A stretch of DNA of 64,000 bases from Eledone cirrhosa (GCA_964016885.1 OZ024743.1:44268001-44332000), one strand, 5' to 3'. Shown: positions 26,591 through 39,689, counted from the first letter of the stretch. Numbers and translations: made by a program. Notes: generated by a model not told the origin, from the sequence alone.

Positions 26591-27229
26591 ATGCTTCTAG
26601 AGTTTATCTTGAGCAGTGTTCCTCGTTAGCACTACCATGCCTGTAGGTTTTATCTTGAGCATTGTTCATTGCCAAGCGAGAGAGATCTGGAAATTGTCCA
26701 TAGTCTGCTTCTCGACCGTTCAGCCAACAACAATAATAATACTGATTTCTTTATCAAATACAAAAGGGTTTACGCAGAGAGAAACATTGTTACGGCACAG
26801 GGTGTGTGTAAATCTGTGTGTGTGTGGGGGGGGGGGGGGGGGTTGTGTCGGTGTGTGGGTTTTGAGTGCAAACAAATTTTAACATTGTTAAAAAAGAAAG
26901 ATAACAATACACATTTTAAAATGAGGTTCCTCATTAGTAAGGAGACGTTTTGGCCTCAATCATGGGAAGAAATCATGAAGGAAAGGGTGCCCTGATCTCT
27001 AGGATACGTGACCTGCCCTGTTGTTCTCTATAGGCTCACAATCAGAGCGAGCCCATTCACTAGTGCCATACACGCCTCTCTAACGCATCATTCAATAAAT
27101 CGCTTTCATAGCAGAAATTTCCACTCGGTTCGTCACCTAGACACAGTTTTTGTTCATTCACTGTACAATGAACTGCTTCGACTTCCATAGACGTCACCGG
27201 AGTACCAAAATCACCTGAGCCGAACTCAC

Positions 27230-28506
27230 CCCATCCCTACCCTCCGAATCTGGGTTGACATCGTCATCAAACCGGCGGACCTGTGGTACAGCGATCTCAA
27301 CAAGAGGCGCTACGTCAGCTAAGCAAACTCCCATTCTAGCACACCATAAACCCGGCCCTACTCTCGAATATCAACAACGGGTTTCTTCAAGCAGTCAGCA
27401 ACAAGAGGCCTCCTCACTTCTACACTCCACCGATACTAACCTCATCGTCCGCACAACCCACACCTCCACAATCTGCTTCCTCCCCAAATTTATAAACCCG
27501 ACACCATAAACCGCCCCATCGTCTCTGTCTACTACTGCCTCACATAATTCATCGCCGCCTCACTCTCCTCCCACATCTCTGAAACAAACCATGCCCTCTG
27601 CCTCTTCGATTCATTTGTCGTTCCACACGGGCTACCCACCCTTCTTTTTACACTCGACATCAAATCCCTCTACACTGTCAACCCACACACCGAAGGCTTC
27701 CCTGCCCTCTAAGACATTCTCGACCTCCGTACCTGGCCCCCACACAACCAAATCTCCGTCCACTCCATCCACTTCGCTAAGCTGGTCCTTACTCTCAATT
27801 GCTTTTCCTTCTCGGGTGAGGTTGAGGAACAGATAACCATGGTGGCCATGGGAACAAGAATAGGCCCCGACTACGACTGTATCGACGCCGCCTAACTCAC
27901 TCATGAACAGCTCAACTTCTTCCTCTCCTTCTTCTACTCCTTCAATCCCGTCATTGATCTCCACTTCCGCCCAGTTCCGCGATATCTCTATTTATATCGA
28001 TCAATCCCTTCGTTCTTTCATCACCTCCGACTTTTTCAAATTCACCGACTCCAACTCCTGATTCGATTTCACATCCTCCCACATCATACACCAGCAATCC
28101 ACCCCCTACTCCCAAATATTCGCTTCCGCCGCCGTTGCACCCAGAGATATGACGATTATGTCCAACCTAAATATGTTTGTTTATTCGATGAGGGTAACCC
28201 CAGCACCGGTCGAAACCGCCCTCGCCCTTGACCTTGTGGACGATCGCACCACAACTACTGCTCCCACCAACACCCGGTACACAACAAAAAATAACAAAAT
28301 GGTGTAGGACAGAACAAAGGAGAGACACACAATAGGAAATCCGTCACTGAGGATGCCACAGAATGTGTGACGAAACAGCTCTCACACTATATAAACCACC
28401 ATCCGGTTATTGGACCAACCAACCAGAAATTTATAATAAATTGAATTGAAAACCAGCCCGTGCGCATGTTTTTATTGGTGGCATGACTCTCCGAAAGTAT
28501 AACAAT
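27230..28506 (+). pseudogene. Decayed Penelope-like element RT with HHR-bearing 3' terminus
   Basis: Frameshifted motifs DIVIKPAD, ICFLPKF, RPIVS, FTLDIKSLYT, LVLTLNCFSFSGE, VAMGTRIGPDY; CTGAGGA 28347-28353 ..GAAACAGCT; ends in (TA)n. Confidence 0.8.
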
Positions 28507-28532
28507 ATATATATATTAAGAACAAAAGGAAA

Positions 28533-28584
<52 letters not shown>

Positions 28585-28612
28585 TTTATATATATATATG
28601 TATATATATATA

Positions 28613-28676
28613 TAGGAACGAGTAGGATCCCGACGGCTGAGCTCAAGCCGTTTCGACGGCTAATTCTGGAGTCCAG
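28613..28676 (-). mobile_element. Family A PLE terminal fragment (short arm only)
   Basis: taggaacgagtaggatcccgacggctgagctcaagccgtttcgacggctaattctgga, nearly identical to 13611-13668. Confidence 0.8.
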
Positions 28677-28894
28677 TTAAAATTTAAAATTTAAAAGTTA
28701 AAACTTAAAAAAAATTTGAATTATATATTTATAGCAAATGTTATAGATATGATTTAGAGAAATCAATATATTAAAACCAAGAGGATAATATTGTTATGGA
28801 AATAAGTAGAAATATTATAAGTGTAATTATAATCTATATATAGTTCTAAATGTTGAAATCAGGCGATGTCTACAAGAATTAAATAAATTCGTTC

Positions 28895-29420
28895 TTAGAT
28901 TAATAGAGTTCTTACATTTAAGTATGAAAAAATTTCCTCAACACACCATTTGCAGAATCTAGATAAAGCTGTGTTTCGGTACGCGGGTGCTTTCGAAACT
29001 ATTTCGAAACTAGTTAATGAATAGTCCATATTTTTGCATTTTAAGTTCCATATCAGGCTTGAAAGAGAAGTTGAAGATTGTTTATCAAATCTTCGGAAAG
29101 AGCATTTGTGATTATTCCAGCGACTTTTAAATTCTGTAGAAGTTGCACCTGCATAGTTAAATATATTATCACTGGTTTTTACTGTACATTTATAGACCAC
29201 GTCCTTATCTAAACACTTATTTTGTAAAGGACAGTTTAATTTAATTCTACAGTTACATTTTGCGGAGTTGTTGTTATTCAGAACGGTACTATTATGTTGG
29301 ATATTGTTAGAGATATTACTGCTATTTTGGTTATTTTCGTTAGGGTTTAAATTTCTATTATTGATTCTATTTATATGTTGTGCTATGTTCATAGTAATAG
29401 AGTAGGATACCACTATGAAC
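28895..29420 (-). pseudogene. PLE GIY-YIG endonuclease domain (5'-truncated)
   Basis: VSYSITMNIAQHI..CNCRIKLNCPLQNKCLDKDVVYKCTV..YAGATSTEFKSRWNNHKCSFR..TSLSSLIWNLK..CKWCVEE. Confidence 0.9.
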
Positions 29421-29479
29421 ATAGCACAAAATATAAATATAAACACAAAATATAAATATGAACATAGCACAAAATATAA

Positions 29480-29617
29480 ATATGAAGTAAGTGACATAGT
29501 CACTACTTTAAAATGATAGCGAAAGGTCTTCAAAATGTTTTTAATTAAACATACGGTATATTACCAAATGTACTATACGTACATTCATGTATACATCGCT
29601 ATTTCAGAGCACCAATC

Positions 29618-29621
<4 letters not shown>
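29480..29621 (+). mobile_element. Inverted PLE terminus (family F); related copy at 50513-50688
   Basis: Reverse complement of 29487-29590 aligns to 50513-50620; both end gctatttcagagcaccaat(c/t)ctaatatata. The junction with the GIY-YIG has repeated cacaaaatataaatat. Confidence 0.6.
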
Positions 29622-29700
<79 letters not shown>

Positions 29701-30612
29701 TATAGTTATATATACAATATATACAACTATAAACAGGAAAGGACAGTAACTCATTACTACCTTATTACCTGTAAGAAAAATATCTCAATGTAAATACATC
29801 AGATGCAGGAATATAAATTACACAATAATCAAAACTATGTTCAAATCATTTTATTGCTGACAATCGTTCTTCCAAAGTTTCGTTTGGAATCATCGGAGCA
29901 CTAGCAAAGTTTGGACATATAATTAACTTCCTATTCAACTGAACAATCATATAGATACATGGATATTAATGTTGTCATCAACAGTTTCGTATTTACAGAG
30001 TGGGATGGATGTGACATAGATTACAAGAGAATTGTATAATAATTAAAGAGGCACGGAGTGGAATGCATGCGATAGAGATTACAAGTATAATAATTAAAGA
30101 GGCATTAAGGTATAAAGTTACTCGTAAAAGGAGGACCCTAGCAGTACATATGCAGCGTATAGAGAGTGCAAATGCGTTAGGCATATACAGGACAGGTAGG
30201 TAGGAAACAAGCAATGGTACTAGGCATATATAATTACTGTATGGCAAAGGTATCACATAAAATAACATAGGTTTACAAGCATATCATGCAGGCAAAGATG
30301 TTTGTGTATTAAAATTATGAGTTTATGGTGGATGTAGTGTGATAATTGTTTCTGTCTGTAATGTTCAAATGTGCATGTGTTGAGAGTATTAATATTCTTG
30401 TTATCTTTTCCATTACATCGGGTATATCTTATTTTAGTGAATGTTTTTCACTAGATACAGCTATGGATTGTATATTGGTCCTATTATACTGTTATCCAGG
30501 GTTCGAGTTGTTCTTGAGTGATTTTCTAACTATTTAATTTCCGGAAGTGAGTTTGAGATCTATATTAAGGGGAGCTAATGTGAAATGGGAGGTAATTAGC
30601 GATTAATTTGTA

Positions 30613-30874
30613 TACAGCTCCAATTAGTTAAATTCCTTGTGCTAATATACATTATATTGTGTTACAAGTTTTATATAATGCTATTTATTTCTATTTAATT
30701 TTATATAATGCTATTTATTTCTATTTAATTTTATATAATGCTATTTATTTCTATTTAATTTTAAATACAATCTATTTTCCTATCATACGTTAAAGGTCTC
30801 ATTATATTGTTATCTATCCCTTACTGAATAAAATATAAGTAAGCTATAGAAAAAAGAACTAATTGGAGCTGTAA
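30613..30874. repeat. Small inverted-repeat-bounded element with internal 30-bp tandem repeat
   Basis: acagctccaattagtt ... aactaattggagctgt; ttttatataatgctatttatttctatttaa x3 at about 30669-30758. Confidence 0.7.
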
Positions 30875-31714
30875 ACAACTATACATTTTTTCTATTTTTT
30901 TCTATCATAAACAAATTTATTACCAGTAAGAAATATAATTCAATGTAAAGTATCAGATGCATTGCAGAGCAGAAATACAAATTATAAAACAATCAAATGT
31001 TTGTTTAATGCATTTAATTGCTGACGATACTTTCTTCCAGACAACTGTCTGGAATTATTTTGTATATATTGATATAGTTATATATACCTTCGGAGTTACC
31101 TGTTTAGTCCAATCTTCAGATTGGTACTCGATGCTTGGCAAAGTAGAGTATATACATTGTAATGAGTTGCTGAGCGCTTGCCGTTGTGACAACAAATAGG
31201 TAATTTAGCCGTCGGGTGGTAACGTATTACAATATAAATATCCCTCTGATTGACAAGTTCCCAGAATTCATTCGCTTGCCGAGTGGAGTGGATCTCGTCA
31301 AATCGGACCAAGGAAACGATGTTTCCATTGGTCTTTCCTTTGCTGATACTATCTACCGGTCGGAACTCGTTGCAAAAGGAGCAACGTGAAATAAATTGTC
31401 TTGCTCAAGGATTGCGAATCCAAAACTCTAATCATTAAGCCATGTGACTTCACAATATACATATGTATATATGTATATATATATGATATGTATTTATATA
31501 TATATATATATATATACATATATATGTATGTGTGTGTGCGCATGTGTGTGTGTGTATGTGTGTGTGTGTAAATGTGTGTGTGTATTGTGAGAGATTTTGT
31601 GACAGACACACTAAAAAGCTGTATAATTATAGCATAGATTCATAAATATGGCTATGTTGAGAGTGTTGTAAATGATGAGAAGGAAAATCGACGCGGCAGG
31701 ATACCCATCAGAAT

Positions 31715-32290
31715 TATAACCGGTTACCCTCGAACGTGGCAATGGCAAGCAACCCAATGGAATAAATTTTCCAAATGGGAAAATCCTTAATTTGGGAAAC
31801 GACTAGTTCTCCGCCACCAACATTGTCACTTCGGCGACAACCTGGGATCCGCAGCCCTGGGACCAGATCGACCGCTTCCTTTTTCTACCGGTCTCCGTCG
31901 CGACCTCTGGCACGTTTGTTCCCCGTTCTACTGATTTCCTCCATAAAGTCGGAAAAACGCCAGCCCACGCGAAGAGTTAGCTTTCCGGGTTGGGGTGGCT
32001 GTTGCAGCTGGTGTGTCTGGCCATTCTCTGCGGTAACGCTTTTGCTGTATTGTCCGCGGCGCGCGGCTGAGGTACTGTTGAGACTGGTGTGTAGCGTCTG
32101 TGATACCCCTCTTTCTTTTTGTCTGTTGTTTGATCCTCCTTTCCTTTTCTCGTTTCTATTTTCGATTTTTTCCCTTTTCTATTCCTTTTAAAGGAGTGTT
32201 ATATTCTTATTAGATACTGCTCAATTATCTTTATATGATTTCAATGTCTTTTCATAATATCGAAAGATTCTGTATATTGAATAAATAAAT
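31715..32290 (+). pseudogene. CRE-clade LINE 3' end (restriction-like endonuclease domain and 3' UTR)
   Basis: Frameshifted PVTLERGNGKQPNGI..MGKSLIWETT..RFLFLPVSVATSG..WLLQLVCLAILCGNAFAVL, matching DGKRPDG / WDxT / QRxSxAIxRGNA; pyrimidine-rich UTR and AATAAA. Confidence 0.75.
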
Positions 32291-33039
32291 GTCTACATAC
32301 TCATGTTCTGTTTTACTTCATTTCATAAAATTATTTACACTAGTCACGCGCCAATATACATTAGAACTGAAGTTTAATTACTTATATATACATATATATA
32401 TTAATTATATATATAATGTATACAGCTTCAGGTTCTTAATATTTCAGCGTTAAGCTCTAATATTAATTCTCTTTGAAAATAAATATATTTAACAATATAT
32501 TTGCTATAACATATGTTACGTTTCATAACACCTGCAGGAATAGTAATGACCTGAAGGTTATTCTTCCAATCTAACCCTAAAGAAACAAATTATATTATAG
32601 TTTGATATTTCTCCCAGCTAGAGCTGACAGTTTTCCAAATTGGAATAAAAGAAAATAAGCAGAGACTTTTATTAAACTGTAAACAAGTAACTATATAAAT
32701 CATGTCATATATATTCTTCCATAAGATATCACTTTCAAAAGAAAGGCGGTAATCCTCGTAAGATTTCCAATCTCTGTATTGCTAATAAATTCTTGGTTAA
32801 CCTCATCCTAAAATGTTCTCACTTTCTAGGAAGACTTGAGCATGAATCACAATGTTGTCTCGGCATGAGCAACAGAAAAGTCCGTGTTTTCCTGATTGTA
32901 TCAGAATGAACTCTGGCTCCAACTCAAATCCCGCCTTCTGCAAGATGTGACCGGCAATATAAGTAAATAAGTATTTCCATAAGTATTGTACATAATAAAG
33001 AGAATGAATATAAAGGGAAAACAATAACATTTTGAAAAA

Positions 33040-33460
33040 AACGGCAAGAGGAAAGGAAGAAGATACTCCAAAACTTTGACTAGGCGATGTACCTCAGCTG
33101 CCTCCTACAGACAAGATGGCAAAAAGCCCTGCCAAAGAGAATAGCTACAATAACTGTATCAGCCACTCCACCTAAATACAATCCATACACACGAGAAGAA
33201 ATACGGTAGGCCGAGGAGCCAGGTCACCGAGGTTCTCGACGAGGATCTGCACCAAACGGTTGAAGTCGGTTAAGTCCCAGTATATGGGTATCCTCCGCTC
33301 CTCTGTGTAACCGGTGGCACGGCAAAGTCTTGTGGAAGACATGACAGGTTTCGAGTCAGGGAATGTGCCGCAGCACATGACATCTCATAAATTCCTATTA
33401 TCTTCAGAGGCAAAGCAAACTCGATCCACATGCGAAGGGAAGCTGGCCATATCAAAGGAG
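33040..33460 (-). pseudogene. CRE-clade LINE endonuclease remnant
   Basis: DVMCCGTF..YWDL..LVENLGDLAP..FL parallels the CRE WDATCxDT..KY..VETxGxLGP motif and the copies at 31715 and 43105. Confidence 0.55.
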
Positions 33461-34058
33461 ATGGTATTAGTAAAGGAAAGAACGTAGGAAATGTAGTTTC
33501 ACTGATTCGATCCGTTTATCGACCCTTTCCTATAGATTCTAGGTTTATAGTGAACTGCATATCAATTATGGGTTTAGATTCTAACATTTCTTAATTTATA
33601 TTTTGAAGAAATGATCTGAAATATCCGTTGGCAGCTGCGTTCTTTTAAAATCAATAAATAATATAAATTAATTAACAAATTAACACTATTGAATGCAAAA
33701 TATTACATCACATATTTCTGTAATAATAAACTTTTATTTTAAAACAATGCTTCTTACAACATTGACATGTTATTACCTTGGACAACGTATAATACTTGAA
33801 GATGAAGTAGCTTATATGCAGCAAATATGGATTTCCATTAGACGAGTAGGCAACTCTGTTAATGTTTATATAACTTATAATTCTAACAATATTTATTAGT
33901 ATGATGTAATAAATGATATGCATTGTTGATATAAACTAGTGTAATTCGGGAAGATATTATCTATTCCAGGTGGGAATAGGTGAAGCTTATGTAGTTTATA
34001 ATTTTGTTGCGAATATATAATTTCTACACATACACACACATATATATGTGGATATATG

Positions 34059-34150
<92 letters not shown>

Positions 34151-34185
34151 CTATATATATATGCATATATATATATTTATATACA

Positions 34186-34220
<35 letters not shown>

Positions 34221-34662
34221 GTACGAGGTTGACGACTGAGTACTCAAAACCGAAGTAGAGTTTTAATATTCATTTATACTAAGACTAAAAGGTGAGTCAT
34301 GGTAATCTGGAGTGTCACTTGTTTATCAAAGGGTCATCAAGAACAGTTCCATCAGAAAGCGGCAGGGAGACACTATGCAGACGAGTGCTATCAGCTCGAA
34401 ATACGTATAGGCAGTTACCGCTCGCTGCTTCCGTTGGAATCCGCTAGACGACGCTGGCCATCAGTGTTTCAATATTCCTAGCTGGCCTTTCAAAATGTTT
34501 ATTTGTTAAACGTACCGTATAATCATACGTACCGTATATCATACGAAATTCACACACACTCAAATATACACACACACATCTACACACCAACACAAGTGCA
34601 CACACATACACACACACATACTCACACGCACAGATATATATATATATATGTGTGTGTGTGTA

Positions 34663-34808
34663 TGGAAGAGGAAGACCGAGGTTAACATATGTTGATGCAC
34701 TAAGGACAGACACTGGTCTGTTGGAGACGCAGGACATGGCAGCGATAATGACGGACAGAGACCGCTGGAGAGAACCCGTCCATGGATCTCGGGAATTTTA
34801 CCCGCCCT

Positions 34809-34811
<3 letters not shown>
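34663..34811 (+). mobile_element. RTE-type LINE extreme 3' end
   Basis: Translation GRGRPRLTYVDALRTDTGL..MTDRDRWRE. Confidence 0.7.
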
Positions 34812-34855
<44 letters not shown>

Positions 34856-34858
<3 letters not shown>

Positions 34859-35050
34859 CGAAGGAATTGTGGTAAGGAACCAGATGAACCATAACACACC
34901 AGAGTACACAATACTTAGGGTAGTAGAGTGGGTAATAAGAAAAAAGTATGACCCCGACGGCAAAACTCAAGCCGTTTCGACGGCTATCTTTGTCCAGAAA
35001 TAGCCGTCGAAACGGCTTGAGCTCTGCCGTCGGGGTCATACTTTTTCCTA
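34856..35050. mobile_element. Fold-back PLE terminal fragment (family A)
   Basis: gtatgaccccgacggca..ctcaagccgtttcgacggcta / tagccgtcgaaacggcttgag..tgccgtcggggtcatac, plus left tail; in (TA)n. Confidence 0.8.
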
Positions 35051-35162
35051 TATATATATATAAGTAGAAGGGATATTTAATTTGTTGGAAATTCAACAAA
35101 TAAAAATATCGACAGTTTCAATGATATTAAATAAATGGAAACTATATTTATAAAACCATATT

Positions 35163-35224
35163 TATTCTAGTAAATATATTTCAAGGGTACCAAAAACTTT
35201 GGTACGCTTTCATCAGATAAAATA
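35163..35224 (-). ncRNA. Type I hammerhead-like motif
   Basis: Minus: TATTTTAT-CTGATGA-AAGCGTACCAAA gtt TTTGGTACCCTT-GAAA-TATA-TT..TAGAATA. Stem I register is imperfect. Confidence 0.6.
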
Positions 35225-36130
35225 CAAAGTGTGTTTTATAAATTTTGACATAGCCATGGAATGTTTAGATATATTAGTAGGAGAGAAAGAAAGAAAAAAG
35301 AAAAAGGAAACAGAAAAGAGAAGACCACATTTATACGTTAATTTGGAGAAAAAATGTGAATATTTACCTATATTATGTATATATTTATATGGAGAACTAT
35401 ATGGAGAATGATGTTTATAAGTATTTATCATATTGTAGTGGGTTAAATATATAAATATCTATATATATTTTAATAATAGCATATGTATTATTATTAAAGA
35501 TATAATTTGCAATTATTAGTTGTTTATAATATGAGTTACGAGGGAAGTTCATGTTGTGTTTTATGCAGATAAATAAATAAATAAATAAATTGGTAGTTCA
35601 AGTTTTAGGTGCTTGTTTATAATATGAGTTACGACGGCGTTGATTTTGTATTTTATGTATATAAATAGGTCGTTAAAATTATGAATTTATATATTTGAAT
35701 ATCTTGTTCGACTTTGAGAATGTTTTAAATTAACGGAGTTAGGTATATAATAATGTAATAAGTTTCCGAAAAAAATAATTTTAATATATATATATATATT
35801 TATTTATATATATATATATGTGTGTATAGATATTTATATATATTTATGTATATCTATATAATTTTAATTTTAATTTTTTAATTCTCTAATTCTTACATTA
35901 TATTTTTCCAATGACACCCTCTAAAGCTATTTTTAAACGTAGATTAATAACCATTAAATGTATCCTATTCAAGACGATTTTTAAACATTCATATTTCTTT
36001 CGACTAAATAATTAATTAATCTCACACTAACTCTTAAAACAAATGTATCGATTAACAAACAAAATTGGAGTTATATTTCCTTTCTCAATCATATAAACTT
36101 ATTACATTTGGTGGATTATATACCTAACAA

Positions 36131-36320
36131 TTGGTGGATTGGCAGTATTGGTAGAGAGTCGGACACCATGCTTTGAAGCATAGAGTTACGTCCCTATATG
36201 ATCTGAGTTCAAATCCCGCCAAGGTTAACTTTGCCTTTCATCCTTACGGGGTCGATAAAATAAAGTACCAGTAATGTACTGGATAATTGCTGACCTTGTG
36301 CCAAAAATAGAAACAATTAT
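36131..36320 (+). mobile_element. tRNA-derived SINE (family 1) with 14-bp target-site duplication
   Basis: Full-length copy; ATTATATACCTAAC at 36115-36128 and 36319-36332. Confidence 0.9.
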
Positions 36321-36925
36321 TATATACCTAACTCCGTTAATTTAAAACATTCTCAAAGCCGAACAAGATATTCAAATATATAAATTCATAATTTTAACTC
36401 ATATTATAAACAACTAATAATTACAAATTATCTTTTTAATAATAATACTTATGCTGTTATTAAAATATAGATATTTGTATATTTTACCCACTACAATATT
36501 ATAATAAGATAAATACTTACAAACATAATTCTCCATATAAATATATACATTATATAGGTAAATATTCAAATTCTGTTCCCCCCAAATTAACGTATAATGT
36601 GGTCTTCTTTTTCTTTTTTCCTTTTTCTGCTTTCTTTCTTTCTCTCCTACTAATATATGTAAACTTTCCATAGCGTTTAAAATAACGATTTTTCAATCAT
36701 ATAACTCCACCTCATTTACATATTCATTTGCATATTCATCCTAACAATTTTGAAAAATCCGTTCTTTAAATTCACTATCTAAGGAAAATTCAACTGATAA
36801 GGTATGTTTCCTTGACTATGTCAAAATTTATAAAACACACTTTGTATTTTATCTGATGAAAGCGTACCATACAATACAATAAATATGGTTTTATAAATAT
36901 AGTTTCCATTTATTTAATATCATTG

Positions 36926-36956
<31 letters not shown>

Positions 36957-37377
36957 ATATATACACATACATAATAAATGAAAGACAGTTACTTTAATCC
37001 ATTCTAATTTATTTTATTATAAGTATTTCTAAGATGCAAGGCTTATGTATAACATAATCCATACCATATTCTCTGAAGATAAAATCCACGGGAGATGTAG
37101 AAATCATTTGATATGCAGGCACTCAGACGAGCTGTTCAGATACGTAGCCGGCAAGCATATGAGATAAAGAAAACAACTTGAACATAGAAGATATATTAGT
37201 GGGAGAAATATTCCAGTTGGTATTGATCTATTTGAACTGGCAAGTGTATGATGATAAACGTTTGGTAAAAGAAAATCAAACAACAACAACATTTGACCGT
37301 TAGTCTATTTATTTATAAGTCAAGTTAAATTAAATTTGATACTATACTAAAAAATATATTCGAAGATGCTAAAGTAA

Positions 37378-37558
37378 TAATTGTTTCTACATTTGGCACA
37401 GGGCCAGCAATTATCGCAGTGCATTACTGTTACTTTATTTTATCGACCCCGTAAGGATGAAAGGCAGAGTTAACCTCGACGGGATTTGAACTCAGAAAGG
37501 CAAAAGCCGTAACTCTATGCGTCAAAGCATGGCGTCCGACCCTGTACCGATACTGCCA
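37378..37558 (-). mobile_element. tRNA-derived SINE (family 1)
   Basis: Reverse complement of family consensus; atgctaaagtaataat flanks both sides as a likely TSD. Confidence 0.85.
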
Positions 37559-38189
37559 TGCTAAAGTAATAATGTAGCTATATAATAGAGAAGACATTAT
37601 AAATTACTAATTTCAAAACAATCTATCTTACTTTATATATACAATTTAATTTAGTAGATATTATGAGAGCACAAAATATATTTATCAGTTGGCATTGCTG
37701 TATTAATAACTGGTTAGATTATCATTATGGGATTATTGAATTGGTTAAAAATATGTATTTGTTCTAGCCTAATTAGTTAAAAGGAAAAATGTATGTATTA
37801 TAGCCTATTATGTCAATCTATATTAAAATTAATTCCCTTATATACTAACTAAAGTTAAAATAATGTAAAAGTTATGATGAAAAAATATTATAATACTTAT
37901 CTGTTATATTTAGCTTATGAACGATTTGAAAATGATATAACTGGTGGTTATTTATTAGCAGCATCGCCTTCCCAATATGTCTTTGTGTGTATGTATGTGT
38001 TTGTATTCGTGTGTGTGTGTGCAAACATTTATGTGTGTATTTCATACGTTTATACGTACATGAATACATATGTGCATATATACATACCAACTTACACTTA
38101 CACACATACATATATTCATACACAACCGTTATATTATTATATATTACTTGATTTATTATGTGTGTTGCTTAATTCATTCCATTATATTA

Positions 38190-38420
38190 TGGATTGCTGG
38201 CCTTGTGCCTAAAAGTAGAAACAATTATATTATGGATTGGAAGTATCAGTAGAGAGTCGGACGCCATGCTTTCCAGCATAGTTACGTCCCTTTACGGTTT
38301 GAGTTCAAATTCCGCCGAGGTTAACTTTGCCTTTCATCCTTACGGGGTCGATAAAATAAAGTATCAGTAATGTACTGAGTATTTGCTGGCCTTGTGCCAA
38401 AAGTAGAAACAATTATATTA
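38190..38420 (+). mobile_element. tRNA-derived SINE (family 1) preceded by a duplicate of its own 3' end
   Basis: ttgctggccttgtgcc..aaaagtagaaacaattatattat at about 38194-38233 and again at about 38383-38421. Confidence 0.85.
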
Positions 38421-38836
38421 TAGCTCTAAATTTACTGTGACTCGATAATGTACTCAGCATGGTATCACTTGATAATTTATTCAGTATGAAGCGTTATTTG
38501 TCAGACACAATTATAATATTAATCATTGCTTCTTTTACATTGTTTCTAAAGTTAAATTAAAACGTTTCAGGTCCTTATTTTACATTTTTACATAAACAGC
38601 AGCGTTAAACATTCGGTGTTCCTGGTAAATAATGGTGTACATAAAATATTAATTTTAAAATAGTATTTTTGTCTGTAAGTGGCTAAGTCGTTACAAAGTT
38701 GGTATATATATTCTGGGACTGTAAACTGACATTTGAAATGCTATCCAGGTCAACTTCGCCTTTGAAACCTTTCGAGGTCGATGATTAATATGTCAGTACA
38801 CTACTGGTTATTCAACCTCAGCTCCCTCTCTCCTAC

Positions 38837-38915
<79 letters not shown>

Positions 38916-38920
38916 CTCTC

Positions 38921-39004
<84 letters not shown>

Positions 39005-39378
39005 ACTATGAAGCCGAGAATCATTCGGTTTCCTAAATAGAATATTAGTCTATGACTTCAATTATACCATAAACGTGGTTTTGTCTATGCTTGTAATTGT
39101 TCTCTCGTCTACATAACGACGTATTATCTTCGCTTTTTTGCGTTCCTTGCCAGGGAACGTCTTCACGAACCAAAGTATCGTCTTCCTGTTTTCCTTCGGT
39201 GGCAACTTTTTTTTCGAAAAATAAACTTTTGCGTTCACAGATTGAATTTTTAGTTTCAGAAGATCTCGTTAAGGGTGAAAGCAGCGATTATCCTCTTAAA
39301 CTTTAATCTGTTATTTTAATAAATAAATAAATAAATAAATATATATATATATATAGATATATAAATATATATATATAT

Positions 39379-39613
39379 ATAGAAGTGGTAACACAACAGT
39401 TAGTTCACAATTCCGAGAACAATTGTTTCACCTTAGCGGATCTTCAACTCGTACTAGTCCTTGTTATACGGAGCTGTTCCGTATAACCATGGCCAGTACG
39501 AGCTGATGATCCGCTAAGGTGAAACAATTGTTCTCGGAATGGTGAACTAACTGTTGTGTTACCACTTCTATCTAAGTCGTCCACTACTGATATTACCTTC
39601 CAGTGTTCTACCC

Positions 39614-39614
<1 letters not shown>
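39379..39614. mobile_element. Fold-back PLE terminal fragment (family B)
   Basis: Arms 39379-39472 and 39478-39571 (tagaagtggtaacacaacagttagttcac / gtgaactaactgttgtgttaccacttcta), plus right tail running into (CT)n(TA)n. Confidence 0.85.
39499..39536 (+). ncRNA. Minimal type I hammerhead ribozyme
   Basis: CGAG-CTGATGA(39503-39509)-TCCGCTAAGGT-GAAA-CAATTG-TT-CTCG; palindromic loop 3; very short stem II. Confidence 0.75.

Positions 39615-39689
<75 letters not shown>

Larger units (their letters stand above)
35118..36925. mobile_element. Large inverted pair of PLE 3' UTR/pseudo-LTR copies (about 35118-35765 minus; about 36095-36925 plus)
   Basis: Long reverse-complement blocks (tttgagaatgttttaaattaacggagttaggtatata; cgctttcatcagataaaatacaaagtgtgttttataaattttgacatag). 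Left copy retains a HHR. Confidence 0.75.

Noticed and set aside
29785-31060. Diverged direct repeat (about 29785-29890 and 30941-31060) with CTGAC(A/G)A and a hairpin
   Set aside because: No GAAA core in register and too degenerate to call a ribozyme or assign to a family.
32803-33030. ORF as a host exon
   Set aside because: No recognisable domain and no consistent splice frame on either strand.
34222-34530. Mariner-like element starting TACGAGG
   Set aside because: Could not confirm a matching right TIR or transposase motif.
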